Shown one piece after another: positions 12,813-24,240 of a stretch of DNA of 64,000 nt. The position numbers and the translations under genes were made by a program. The notes below the pieces were generated by a model. It was given only the letters and a program-made list of their open reading frames with translations, did not search any database and was not told the origin of the DNA. The DNA is from Octopus bimaculoides (taxonomy: Eukaryota), in the NCBI RefSeq assembly GCF_001194135.2, contig NC_068995.1:20487061-20551060 (forward strand), in the 5' to 3' direction. Every line of letters starts with the position of its first letter. Position 1 is the stretch's first letter.

Positions 12813-14850
12813 TATGTACGCACTCATTCAGCTTGTACGTGATATGTGTATTCACATTCACTGGCAGTGTGTACACTCCCTTTTTTTAAAATTTTATATC
12901 ACACATCTCTCAAATTTTTACTAAAGCATCTCTGATTTGAATATGGATTTTTTTTTTGTTAAAAATACTTGGAATAAATATATAAATCCCTGTTCTTGTG
13001 GTCAGTTGACTGACCATGGTGGTAGTAGCAGCAGTTATTTGAGAAGTGCTCATTACAGTTGTAACTGATAATGCTGTGAAAATGTTTATTATTGGAGCTA
13101 ACAGTTCAATTAACTATTTTTTCCTCTTTATATTGTTTTTCTTCATCTAAGAATGGAACCTGTTGTAGCTGTTTTTTTAATGTCTTTGAGAAACACAAGA
13201 CCACCTCAGCTGCAGATTTCTCATTCTATTTGCTGTAGCTACTCTCTTAACCTAATTAAAGATTCTCTCTCATTACTTAATTTCTTAAATCAATATTTAT
13301 GGTGAATTCCTTAGTGCCAGCCTATTAGCCATTTCATGAGAAATTCTTTTTTCCTTTACTCAAAAATGCAACATTTAATTTTATTGTTGGTAACCAATAC
13401 TTTTTTCATCCCCCACTGTGGTTAGATGGGATTTTCAGATTAAAAACCTGTCTTTGTTGTTCAACTTGTTATAGTTCTGTCATGACCAAAATTTTTTGAC
13501 AATTGTAGCATTCGTTGAATCTTCTTGCTTCTCTTTCATTCCATCTTGAGAACACAGTATATAGAAATTTTAAAATGTAAATAAATAATGTTTCGACTTC
13601 TTTTGTGATTACTTCTATTTTGCACAAAAGCCTGAATGCTATCAAAACGTTCTGTACTATTCTCTTTGCACTACCCATGTTCTGCAGAATGCAGACATAC
13701 AGGGAACCATAACTCAGATATTGTACATAATCATGTTAGCTCTCATAGCATACATGGACATACATTTACATGGAACTTTCCTAAATATCTTGTTTGCAGA
13801 TGTGCAAGATGTTACTTGTTCAACACCTTCATGAGAAGGATTGTGCATGTCTGACATTTTATTCATTTATCTTTGATCGGTATTGTTTGTTTTAACCTAA
13901 TGATTTTTACCATTTTTAAAAACGTTTATGCATTTGAGTTCTTTATTGTAAAATAACTCTATTCAAGGTATAATGTACTGCTTTTTTTCATGTACTTCTA
14001 TGAAATAGTTATTCTGTAGAATATTTTTTAGATATTTGTTTATATGCATACAAATTCTCTTTCTTTCTCGTCCATGTCGGTAGTCGTTGGGTCAGCATTA
14101 ATCACTTCCTGTCACAATCTTTTTCTTTAAGTACATTGTACCAAATTGACATATTTCATCCTTTCGTCTTGGTAGGTCACATCTGGGATCACTATGCTAC
14201 TCATCACTTTTTCACTCAAAATTTCTTATATCATCTGACCTGTTAAATAACCTCTGGTCATTTCTCCTGTACAAGTTGGCTGTTCAATGTCTAGCTCACT
14301 TGTGTTCTTCTACCTATAGCCTACAAATCGTTGATTCCACCTCATTACTTCTCTTCAGCATCTGCAGACTTTTTCACTGGATGAACTGATGACCCCCTCA
14401 AATATGAAATAGTAGAACCACTTCTTGACTAGACGAAGTAATGTACCTTACCTCAGGATACATTTGCTGCTATGTAATTATGACCATGTGGTCAATATTA
14501 GTCCTAAACCACACAGTCAGTATTTCTAACTTACACCTTAAACATAGTCAAAGCTATTGTTTCCGAGCTACAGTGATTTCCCATTTAGCAATAGATGTGT
14601 ATATATTTAGTATGCCATCTGTTAGGAAAGTGAAATAAGCATGTTCTGTTTATTGCAGCAATATAGATCAATGTTATTCACTCATCTTTTAATTAAATAA
14701 GCCCTCTTATTCATTTTTGTTTTTAATCTTTTAGATTTCAATCATTAAGATGCAGCTTAGTCAAACCTTGTACTTATTTCAATCTACTACTTAACCATTT
14801 GATAGATAGATATGTTACCATTTTGACAGTGACACTGATGTACCTGCACA

Positions 14851-14975
<125 letters not shown>

Positions 14976-14999
14976 ATAGGCTTCTGTTACATTATTCCA

Positions 15000-15620
15000 T
15001 CAACCTTATGTCCACTAACTTGTATTCACAGGACATTGTGTGCTAACTCTAAAGATCATGACAGAAATGTGGATATTTTGATATGTAAGACATCATACTT
15101 CTGCTTAACCAAAAAAGTTTTAGTGAAAACGAGCATGGTGGTTGTGTTTAAAGACCACAAAATAACACCTGATTATGGTAGGTTACTTCCTGTTAAGATG
15201 AAAATCGTTTCATCCAAAAAGGAACTTGAAAATATCATTGGGTTGCTTGTTGGGTACTGTCTTTTCTTCATAAAGACTAATAAAATGTAACCACTGTTTC
15301 CCTTTACTCAAAAAGCTGTATCTGTGAAAACAATGGTTATGCTTACTTTCATGGTTTTGAAGGTTTCTTTTTACAGTCCAGACCACATTGGGTAACTTTC
15401 AACCAAAACATTATCATCAATCTGGCATCCAATTGTCGTTTTCTTAGTCAATTACTGTATTATATTGAAAAGTAAGCTGCTGCAACTGTTGTGCTTACAT
15501 AAATAGCAACACCCTCTTCTTGCAAGATGCACATTACCCTCATTACAGACCAATTGATTATTTGTGTTTATCTCAGACACTTGCATGTAAAATGACATTA
15601 CTCTGGAGAGTTGAATTTAG
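15000..15620 (-). mobile_element. Fossil non-LTR retrotransposon APE endonuclease (CR1/L2-like)
   Basis: Minus-strand motifs in the expected order: VSE (~15575), RRG/GVAIYV (15496-15516), ILTG-NLP (15176-15199; cf. ILTGDFNLP), then IKISTF..SLEL..N (cf. PT..LDL). Confidence 0.55.
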
Positions 15621-16550
15621 CCATAACATTTATCTTGGTGGAAAAGAGAATGTGTACTCATATATTTTCTCAAATATGCGATTACACTAACAATCATCCA
15701 ACAGATCATTAAATTTTGTAGAAGTAAAGAATATTCCATCTTAGAAAACTGGTAAAATTTAAGATTGCAAAAATACTCCAAACCAAAAGCCTAAATTTCA
15801 GACATACAGAACACATTGTAAAGGCTGCACAAGCTATGAACTGGATCTTGTTGGATTAAGTGGGATCTAGACAGTAAATCAAATATCTTTTAATGACATT
15901 TGATTAATGCTTTGTGTTTTTACCAATTTCACTTTCCCATCCATTGTTTGATAGAATCACCTCTTAACATCTTCGAGATAATGGGCAAGGCAAGAAAACT
16001 AACCAAACAACATGGAAGTCAGTATTGTTAGCTCTTAACAGAATCATCCTGAAAATGCTGTGGGAAATTCTTCTAAGAAAATTGATTCAGTCTATTCAGT
16101 TCTCAACTAAAACTTTTCAGTTATTTCTGTCTTTTAAATTTTGCTCTACAGTTGTCACCATAAAATATGTACATCCGTGTGATTAATGACTCATAAACAA
16201 GTTCTACTCTAGTTCAGAAAAGTATTAGAGTAGTAGATGCTCTCATTTTGTGATTTGTCATCTTAGTCACTATCTCCAAGTGAAATAGTTCAGCTTACAT
16301 AACCAGCCACAGTTTCCAGGTCTCAGTTACACTCCTCCTGTTTCTCACACTTCTTTGTTGATGCTATTTCTGAAGAATGACTTTTTAAGATAATTGTTAT
16401 GGAGATTATTTTACCAAACCAATTCTACGCCTGTTGCACCTCTTGATCCTTCATGTTCAAAGAGAACTGCTGAGATTACCCATAAAATGTAGTTTCAGGT
16501 TATTACTCTTAACTTTTGCTAATTCTACCATCTTATTGTCCATTGTTGTA

Positions 16551-16558
<8 letters not shown>

Positions 16559-16612
<54 letters not shown>
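16559..16612. repeat. (TA)n microsatellite
   Basis: Direct inspection. Confidence 0.95.
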
Positions 16613-16617
<5 letters not shown>

Positions 16618-17170
16618 GGAGTGTGAATTCCTTTAGTAGATGTACAGTTAGACAAATTCTCTATCTTAAGAAACTTAAGTTGTAGCATTTATTGAATAAA
16701 TTCTTTGATATACACATCTAATATTACAACATACATACAACCATAATGAAAATGAATTCAGAATGAAATAAAATTGAAATGAATTAAAAGAATCTGAACT
16801 AAAATAGCCATTATTTTTTACTGCAAATGTACAAGAATGTATAAATAATCTAAAAGTCTGAAGAATGTTGTTTTTTGTTGTTTTTTTCCTCGTTTTTAAA
16901 GATTCCATTCCATCCATTTGCATGAAATACATTAGGCAGAGAGACTTGACTGTTGCCATTTTCACCCATGTGACATTTGAGCCAGTTATTAGCTCAGAGA
17001 AAGAGAGAGAGGTCTGAAATATCAGATGGGTGTAATGCATTCAATATTTGTGTCACTCATTCAATTAGAATGTCATTTCAATTAGAATGCTTAAATTAAA
17101 ATGAACAAATTGGCTGAAATATTGAGTGAGTAGATACATAGATTCTTAGTTCAAAACCTAGTATAAACTG

Positions 17171-17203
<33 letters not shown>

Positions 17204-18092
17204 CAGTCTTAATGATATACATATGACTAGCACTTCTTTCCATTATTTCTATAATAAAGGTTATACTGTAAGATTTTCTACTTGCATATACATATGTTCT
17301 GTGAACTGGTCAAGCCCATCACATGTTATCACGTCCTTATTAATACTGCCTAAGCAAAAACAGTTTAATCTCCATTCCAATATGTGGAATGAAAATACTA
17401 GAAAAAGTTATGGATTGCTGACAGAAAGCGCTTCTGGTTCGTAGAAAATCCACCTTGAGTGTTGCCTGACCTATGCCAGTGTGAAAAAGTGGACACAATA
17501 GTGTATGCACATTCACTGCAAAACTATCATTAATACGATTAGTTTTTGTTGTATTTTTCCAGATCATGACAGATTTATCGACAGCGCTCCAGCCTTGACA
17601 AACCATATGGGTTTTTTTTATTTTTCCCTGTCAAGCATTGTGTATCTAGAACCATAATCAAATGTCTCCTTTAAAAAGATATATATGAGGGTAATTTGGC
17701 TTATGTTTCTTGAGAGCTGATCAGCCACATATTGGTTTGATAATGGCTTTGATTTTGATCCCATTATATCATAATTCATGCATCCCTTATACTGCAAGGA
17801 TAATGAGTTGGCACCATATTAAAACTGTTATTGCTTAATGCCCTTCCTATTAACTATTAGACTGGAGAACAATGTGATATTTTTGTTTTAAACTAGCAAA
17901 GCTATGAAACTTTTCAATGAGTATCTTGTAAAAAGTAGCTATCCTGGGCATGGCATTTATTTTAAATTATGATTCAGTAAATGGTACCTATTTTTAGCCT
18001 TGTCATATGATGAATGTTTTTATGTAATGTATCTGAATCCTCATGGATTAGTTTATTGTTTTGGTGTAGAATTGTTATTCATGCACAAATAT

Positions 18093-18425
18093 AGGTGCAG
18101 GTGTGGCTGTGTGGTAAGAAGTTTACTTCCCAACCACATGGTTCTGGGTTCACTCCCACTGCATGGCACCAGTCTTCTACTCTAGCCTTGTGCTGGCCAA
18201 AGCCTTGTGGATGGATTTGGTAGATGGAAAGTAAAAGAGGCTTGTCGTGTGTGTCTGTCTGTCTGTCTGTCCAGCACCACTTGGCAACTGATGTTGGTGT
18301 TTACATCCTGTAACTTAGCAGTTTAGCAAAAGGCAGTATTGGTGCCAATTCTTTCAAATAAAAATTCTTCAAAGTGGTTCCACAGCATGGCTACAATCTA
18401 GTGACGTAAACAAGATAAAAATAAA
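18093..18425 (+). mobile_element. tRNA-derived SINE family A
   Basis: Head ggtgcaggtgtggctgtgtggtaagaag..gggttcactcccactgc (A/B-box-like), central (GT/CTGT) microsatellite, tail ..cagcatggctacaatctagtgacgtaaacaag. Homologous to other copies in the window. Confidence 0.85.
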
Positions 18426-19137
18426 TATCAGTAGGAAATGTTGGAAAGCGGTGATGTGGTAATCAATTTCTGATCAGGTTCGTTGCCATTTCACTTCATG
18501 ACTGCTCCAGGAAGGGAAGTGATGTTTGTATTTACTTCCCATTCTATTATCACACCATCTTCACTCTCCATAGCGTTTAACTTGTTGGTAATCCTGATTA
18601 TGAAATTGTTGAAATGCATTTGATATTGCTTAGGTATTTTTATAGACCCCTTCCTACTAAAGCTCTTGGAAACAAAAAAAATAAACCACCCCTCTTTCCC
18701 TTGAAGTCCTTATAAATGTGATTCTAGCTTGTGGGTGCAGCCAGGATTCTCACTAAGTAAAACAAACCCACCATTAGATGTCTCCTTTCTAAAAATCACA
18801 AAACTTTTGGGCAGAGTTGTTTGACTCTATCAAGTCATTCTGACTAATAGGGAGTGAAGTTAATCATTATTTCAAAGTCTACCAATGATTTAGTTGAGTA
18901 AAGATAATTGTTGTATGGCATTTTCTCTGGTTTTAATGGGTTTATCTAGTTGAGAGGTAAAGCTAACACTGTCACTCCTTAGAATGCTGGATTTGTTTCA
19001 TTTTAAATCCTCTGCAGTTAGTTCAGTCCCAGTTAGGACCTGGGACAGAACATTGTCTGCACTATGAACAACAGGTGTGGATTGGCTTTAAGATATGAAT
19101 TGTAATGTGTTGAAATGGTCCAGTTTCAAATAAATAA

Positions 19138-19183
<46 letters not shown>

Positions 19184-19493
19184 TCATAAATATACAGGGA
19201 TTAGCATTGAGTTGCTTCTCCAACATACTGAAAATTTAGAAATAGCAGTCAAAGAACTACTGATTCTAAACTACAAATTTTTCTCTAAACGGATGGCGAT
19301 ATTTATGGCACACCTAGAACAAAAAACCGGAGGGAAAAGCATAAACAAAACAAGTCTTTAGTTAAAAGGTTTTTTTCATACTGAACTACTTGGCAAAATT
19401 GTTAATTATTAATTCTATTATTAATTGACGATTCCCTGCCCTTATTCTTGTATATTTTATATATATATATATATATAGTATTGATACCTATTT

Positions 19494-19667
19494 GCCAATG
19501 ACATATAAAAGGCACCCAGTACACTTTGGAGTGGTTGGCATTAGGAAGGCCATCAATCTATAGAAGCCAATCCAAAACAGACTGGAACCTGGTGCAGCTC
19601 TGTCTTACCAGTTCCAGTCAAACTATCTAACCCATGCCAGTATGGAAAATGGATGCTAAATGATGAT
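19494..19667 (+). mobile_element. SINE family B 3' part (tail ...aacccatgccagcatggaaaatggacgttaaatgatgat type)
   Basis: ggttggcattaggaaggccatc..aacccatgccagtatggaaaatggatgctaaatgatgat; homologous to the copies at 31711, 36307 and 47054. Confidence 0.8.
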
Positions 19668-19691
19668 TGAAAATAACCAAACCTGGTTTAA

Positions 19692-19857
19692 CCTCATAAC
19701 ATTCAGATTCTATCAAATCTAACACTTAATTTATTCACTTTGTTTTGGGTTTTTCCAGCATTATCTTGTAACCTTGAGATTTTATGTGATTATTTTTAGA
19801 CTAACTTTAGAGAGTAGGTGTGAGAGGCTGGATATGGCCAGTTTATATGCAAATGGG
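19692..19857 (-). mobile_element. piggyBac-type MITE, internally deleted
   Basis: TTAA|cctcataacattcagatt..gtaggtgtgagaggctggatatggccagttt..aaatggg|TTAA. Confidence 0.72.
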
Positions 19858-21384
19858 TTAAGGATTTCTTAAAAGAAATGGTGGCTCTTCTAAGAACAAG
19901 ATGTTGGTAAATTTTGGATTTGTATTAATTTAACTTGCTCTTAGTTGTTTCTTTAATTTTTGTAGGGGTGAGATTTTCAATGATTTATAAAGTTTTTTCC
20001 TTACATTTTGACACTCTTGAATTTTATATTCAAGCAATGCTTTAATCTGAAAAAGGGGAATATAGTTGAGTTTTTTTTTATTGGCAATTTAAGTTGCTAA
20101 GTTTTGAATTGGTAAGCAAACATTTCTGATGTCTTTTATGGCTATTTTTATAGCTTATTACATCTTCATTTAAAATATTTTTATCGTTTATATTCTTTCA
20201 CTTATTAGCCTTTTGTTGACAAAAAAATAAAAAAGGCCCCTTAAATTTTGTAGGTTTTGTGTTTGATTGTAATTTAGAATAAAAAACAGGTTAGGGTACT
20301 AAAAAATCTGGCATAATTATTTACATTGACCATGAATGTTGTATGCTTTCAATCAATGTAAGGATTATATAATTAGCCTAATTACAAATAGAAGCTGGAG
20401 TTAGTGTTATAAATTAAGGAGTTGAGCTTTATGTACCAGCTCCACTAATATTGAATTTTATTTTCTATTATTTTTTAAAACACTTGTATTTATTGGCGAT
20501 TTAGTTATTTTCTTTTAAGCATGCCTAATGTCCATATACATAATCTGTTATCAGCTCCTTCACCAAGAAGTGTTTTATTTACAGAACTGTCCTTTATTCA
20601 ACAAGAAATTGAAGTAGGGTTTCCTTGTTTTCCTTGGCTTTTGATTTTAAAAAATCTTATGAAAAACTACTTTATAAAATAACTTCAATAGTTTACAAAA
20701 GAACCAAAAAAAAAAAAAAAGGTTAGAAAGTCAATGAAAATCCATTAAAGTAACTGCTGTATTAATTTTAAAGTTATTTTTAGTTTTCACTAGATTCAAG
20801 GAGTGTTTTCTTCACTAACTTTTACTTTTTTTTGCTTCCTCTTCTCCATGCATAACTTTATTTGCTTGAATAGTTCTGCAAATTAAAGCATTTCCTTACG
20901 TTTTAAGTTCTTTTTAATTTATGTATTTTGATATTTTTTTAATTTTTTTTAAACAGCTTTGATATAATTCCTAACACATCTTTCAGCCGTGTAATGTGGC
21001 CGCTATTTCATTTTCTAGTCTTCGATAGTAACTGGGGCAAATGGAGTGACTTATTTAAAATGGATGGTTGTAGTCGGTTTCTTCCAGTTTCTGTTTAGCA
21101 ATAATGCTTATCTCAGCAGCCATTCTGTAATTCCACTAGGAAAGGCTCATAACTGCCAACCAGTCAAATGAACAAAGAGGTTCCATTCTTACTTGGTTAG
21201 CTGAGTGGCAAATAAGTTATCCAGCTGTGTGTGAGAGAGGGTGCTGGCTTCAATGCGTAACATATGTAAATGTATAAACTTTTTCTTCTTTGTTTTCTAA
21301 ATGCCATGAATCATTTGTTTGGGAAATTATATGTAAAATACCAGATATGGGATCAGAATAATGGTTTCGGGGTGTGTATGTATC

Positions 21385-21738
21385 TTTATTCACTTTTACT
21401 TGTTTGTCATTTGACTGCAGCCATACTGAAGCACCACCTTGAAGGAAGGGTTTTTGTCAAATCGATCATGGGACTTATTTAAAGAAATCCTAGTACTTAT
21501 TCTATTGGTCCCTTTTGCCGACATGCTAAGTTACAGGGACATAAACACACCAAGTAGTGATGGGAGACGTACATATATACACACATACACACAATGGGCT
21601 TCTTTTCAGTTTGTCTACCAAATCCACTCACAAGGTTTTGGTTGGCTTGTCACTTGCCCAAGGTGCCACCCAGTAGGACTGAACCCAGAACCATGTAGTT
21701 GAGAAGCAAGTTTTTTACCCACAGCCACACCTGTGTCT
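21385..21738 (-). mobile_element. tRNA-derived SINE family A
   Basis: Full-length reverse-complement copy (gtcatttgactgcagcc..ctagtacttattcta..ccaaatccactcacaagg..cacagccacacctg). Confidence 0.88.
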
Positions 21739-22024
21739 AGAGAACATTTGTAATCTACTTGAGTGATATTGTTTTCCTTTTTTTTTTATTCTTGTTTTAA
21801 TAGCAGTGAGAAATACAAATACAATAGTTAATTATTGTATGGTAGTTATTCAATTTCCACAACGAAACAAAAGGATGCACCGAGTATTTATCAACATCTA
21901 AAGGTGTGGCTTATACAGTGGTTATGTTTGATAATTTCTTTCCTTGGAAATGGTATGTAATAGTCACTAGAGTCCTGTGAGCTGGAAATGATTAATAAAA
22001 TATTAAGTAAACAAACTTTATACA

Positions 22025-22089
22025 TCTGAGTAGTGCAGGTTAGTGTTGACAAGATAGGTGTCTGAGTAGTGCAGGTTAGTGTTGACAAG
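22025..22089. repeat. Direct repeat, 29 bp x2, period 36
   Basis: tctgagtagtgcaggttagtgttgacaag starts at 22025 and 22061. Confidence 0.9.
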
Positions 22090-23904
22090 GATTTTCGGTG
22101 CAGACTGTTAGTGTACTGTGATGAATAGTTTCTACGATGCTATTATGCTGAATTTTTCTTTCTTTTTTTTGTGTATATGTGCAAGATTGTTTCTCAGAAC
22201 AGGATGTTGCTCTTCCTATTTGTGATATGTGGTTGCTAAAATAAATAACTGTGGCTACTCATGGCTGCTGTAGTAGAGTTTGAACTTAGTGGGGCCTTGT
22301 TAACTGCCATTGATGGCTAACTCTTCCATCTCCCCCACCCCGCATGAAATACAGGTATGGAATGTAGTGTACAACACACACACTTTATATACTCATGTGG
22401 GTGGGCACAGTTCAACATGGTAAGAATAGGGATCAGAATATAATTATATATAGGAGCAGGTATGGTTAAAATGCTTTTCTGATTTTATGCAACCATGAGG
22501 TTCTAAGTTCAACTATGCTGCTTGGCATATTTTGCTGTCACTTCCATCTAAGCAAGACAAAAGTAGGTTAATGAAAACTGGAGACCACTTGGATAGACAT
22601 TGCATCTGTTACTCAAAAACCCAGCTTTGTCATTCATTGCTCCTATTGATTCTTATTGTCTGGAATACTCAGTTATTCATGTTGTATAATGGGCAGGTAG
22701 GTGAGTTGAATCAAACTCCTGAAATTATCACCATAGCTGAAATGTCCAATAATGTTTATTCTAATCATTTTTATGTTGGTTTTTCCAGGCTAGTTCAAAG
22801 CTGAATGGTACTTTGAGGCTGATTTTTGTGGCTATCTGCCCTACCTGACATCAACCCTTTGAGTCACTTCTTACATCATGCCATGTGGTTGTGTGTGTAC
22901 AGGTGTTAACTGATGTTTTCTGGCTAAATTGTATTTCATATTAACAAATAAGATTGGTGTGTTCTTTTTATTACATCGTCTTAAGGATTACATATCTATG
23001 GTAGGCGAAGATAGGTGTCTGAGAAAGAAATTCTTGGTACAAATTTATATTTGCATATACCTGGTTTTATCACTCACAAGAATCTATATAGTTACTTTCT
23101 AAACTAGAAAATATACTGTCCCTAACATTAGCCACATAAAGGCACACCTTACATTGGTCAGGCTTGGCTGGATTTTATCTCGGATTTAAATGATGAAACT
23201 GAATAATAATGTCATTTAGTATTTAGTCTCATACGCCATTCTTGAATATAATAATGTAATCCTAATGTCTGATTTAAAAATCATTACAGAGCAATGTCTA
23301 TTAAAAGCGTTCTTATTCTTAGCTAATCAGTAATTTTGGCTTAGTCATATAATTTCTAGTTACTGCTGCTAAAGCAAGTGTTTTTAATAGTGTACAGTTA
23401 CCATCTCAGGCTTGTAGCATGTTCTGAAGTTGTAATAGACTGTTTTTAAATCTTCTCTAGTTACCAGTGTATTTTTGTTCTTGTACTTAATTATGTACCT
23501 GAACGTTATGTTGTAGGTGTGGAATTGATAATGTCTAGTGGAAGATAGACACTATTGGAAACCAAATACTCTGTTTACTAATAGAACTAACTAAAAATGT
23601 TTTGTTTATCACAGTCATAAACCCTGACCAAATACTCTAGTGATCTCTCAGCTTTCACTTGTTCACAATCCAACTGTGTTACTCTCACCATTTTTGAGGC
23701 TCTGCAATGGCCATTCTATAGCCATTTTTTTTTTTAATTGCTTGTGGTGTTGCCCCTACATGAACACCTTATTTTTTTGTATATTATGAGGCAGTGGTGT
23801 GTGTAATTTGAGTGATAATTGGCTGCAATCTGTAGCAAATTATACAAAGGATATTTCGTTTTATATACCTCAGTGTAGTTTTGATGTTGGTTGATTGTTT
23901 TTTT

Positions 23905-24240
23905 AAAATCGTTTCAGTCATTTGACTAGGTTTTTAGTTGAACAAATCGACCGTAGGAATTTTTTTGAAGCCTAGTACTTATTCTATCACGCTTTCTCCA
24001 AGCAGCTACATTATGGGGATGTAAATCCATCCCCACCGGTTGTCAAGCAGTGACGAAGGATGCACACCCATATATACATACATATATATGACGGGCTTCT
24101 TTCAGTTTCCATCTACCAAATCCACTCACAAAGGTTTGGTTGATCTGAGACTATGGTAGAAGACACTTGCCCAATGTGTCGCATAGTTGGACTGAACCCG
24201 AAACCATGTGGTTGAGAAGCAAGCTTCTTACCACACAGCT
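23905..24240 (-). mobile_element. tRNA-derived SINE family A
   Basis: Reverse-complement copy (tttcagtcatttgac..gcctagtacttattctatc..cttctttcagtttccatctaccaaatccactcaca..aagcaagcttcttaccacacagc). Confidence 0.88.

Noticed and set aside
13052-13090. VVTDNAVKM resembling an Ac-type hAT catalytic motif
   Set aside because: Isolated nine-residue match with no flanking motifs.
15981-16090. MGKARKLT.. resembling a Tc1 transposase N-terminus
   Set aside because: It hits a stop within ~17 codons, with no DDE region or TIRs.
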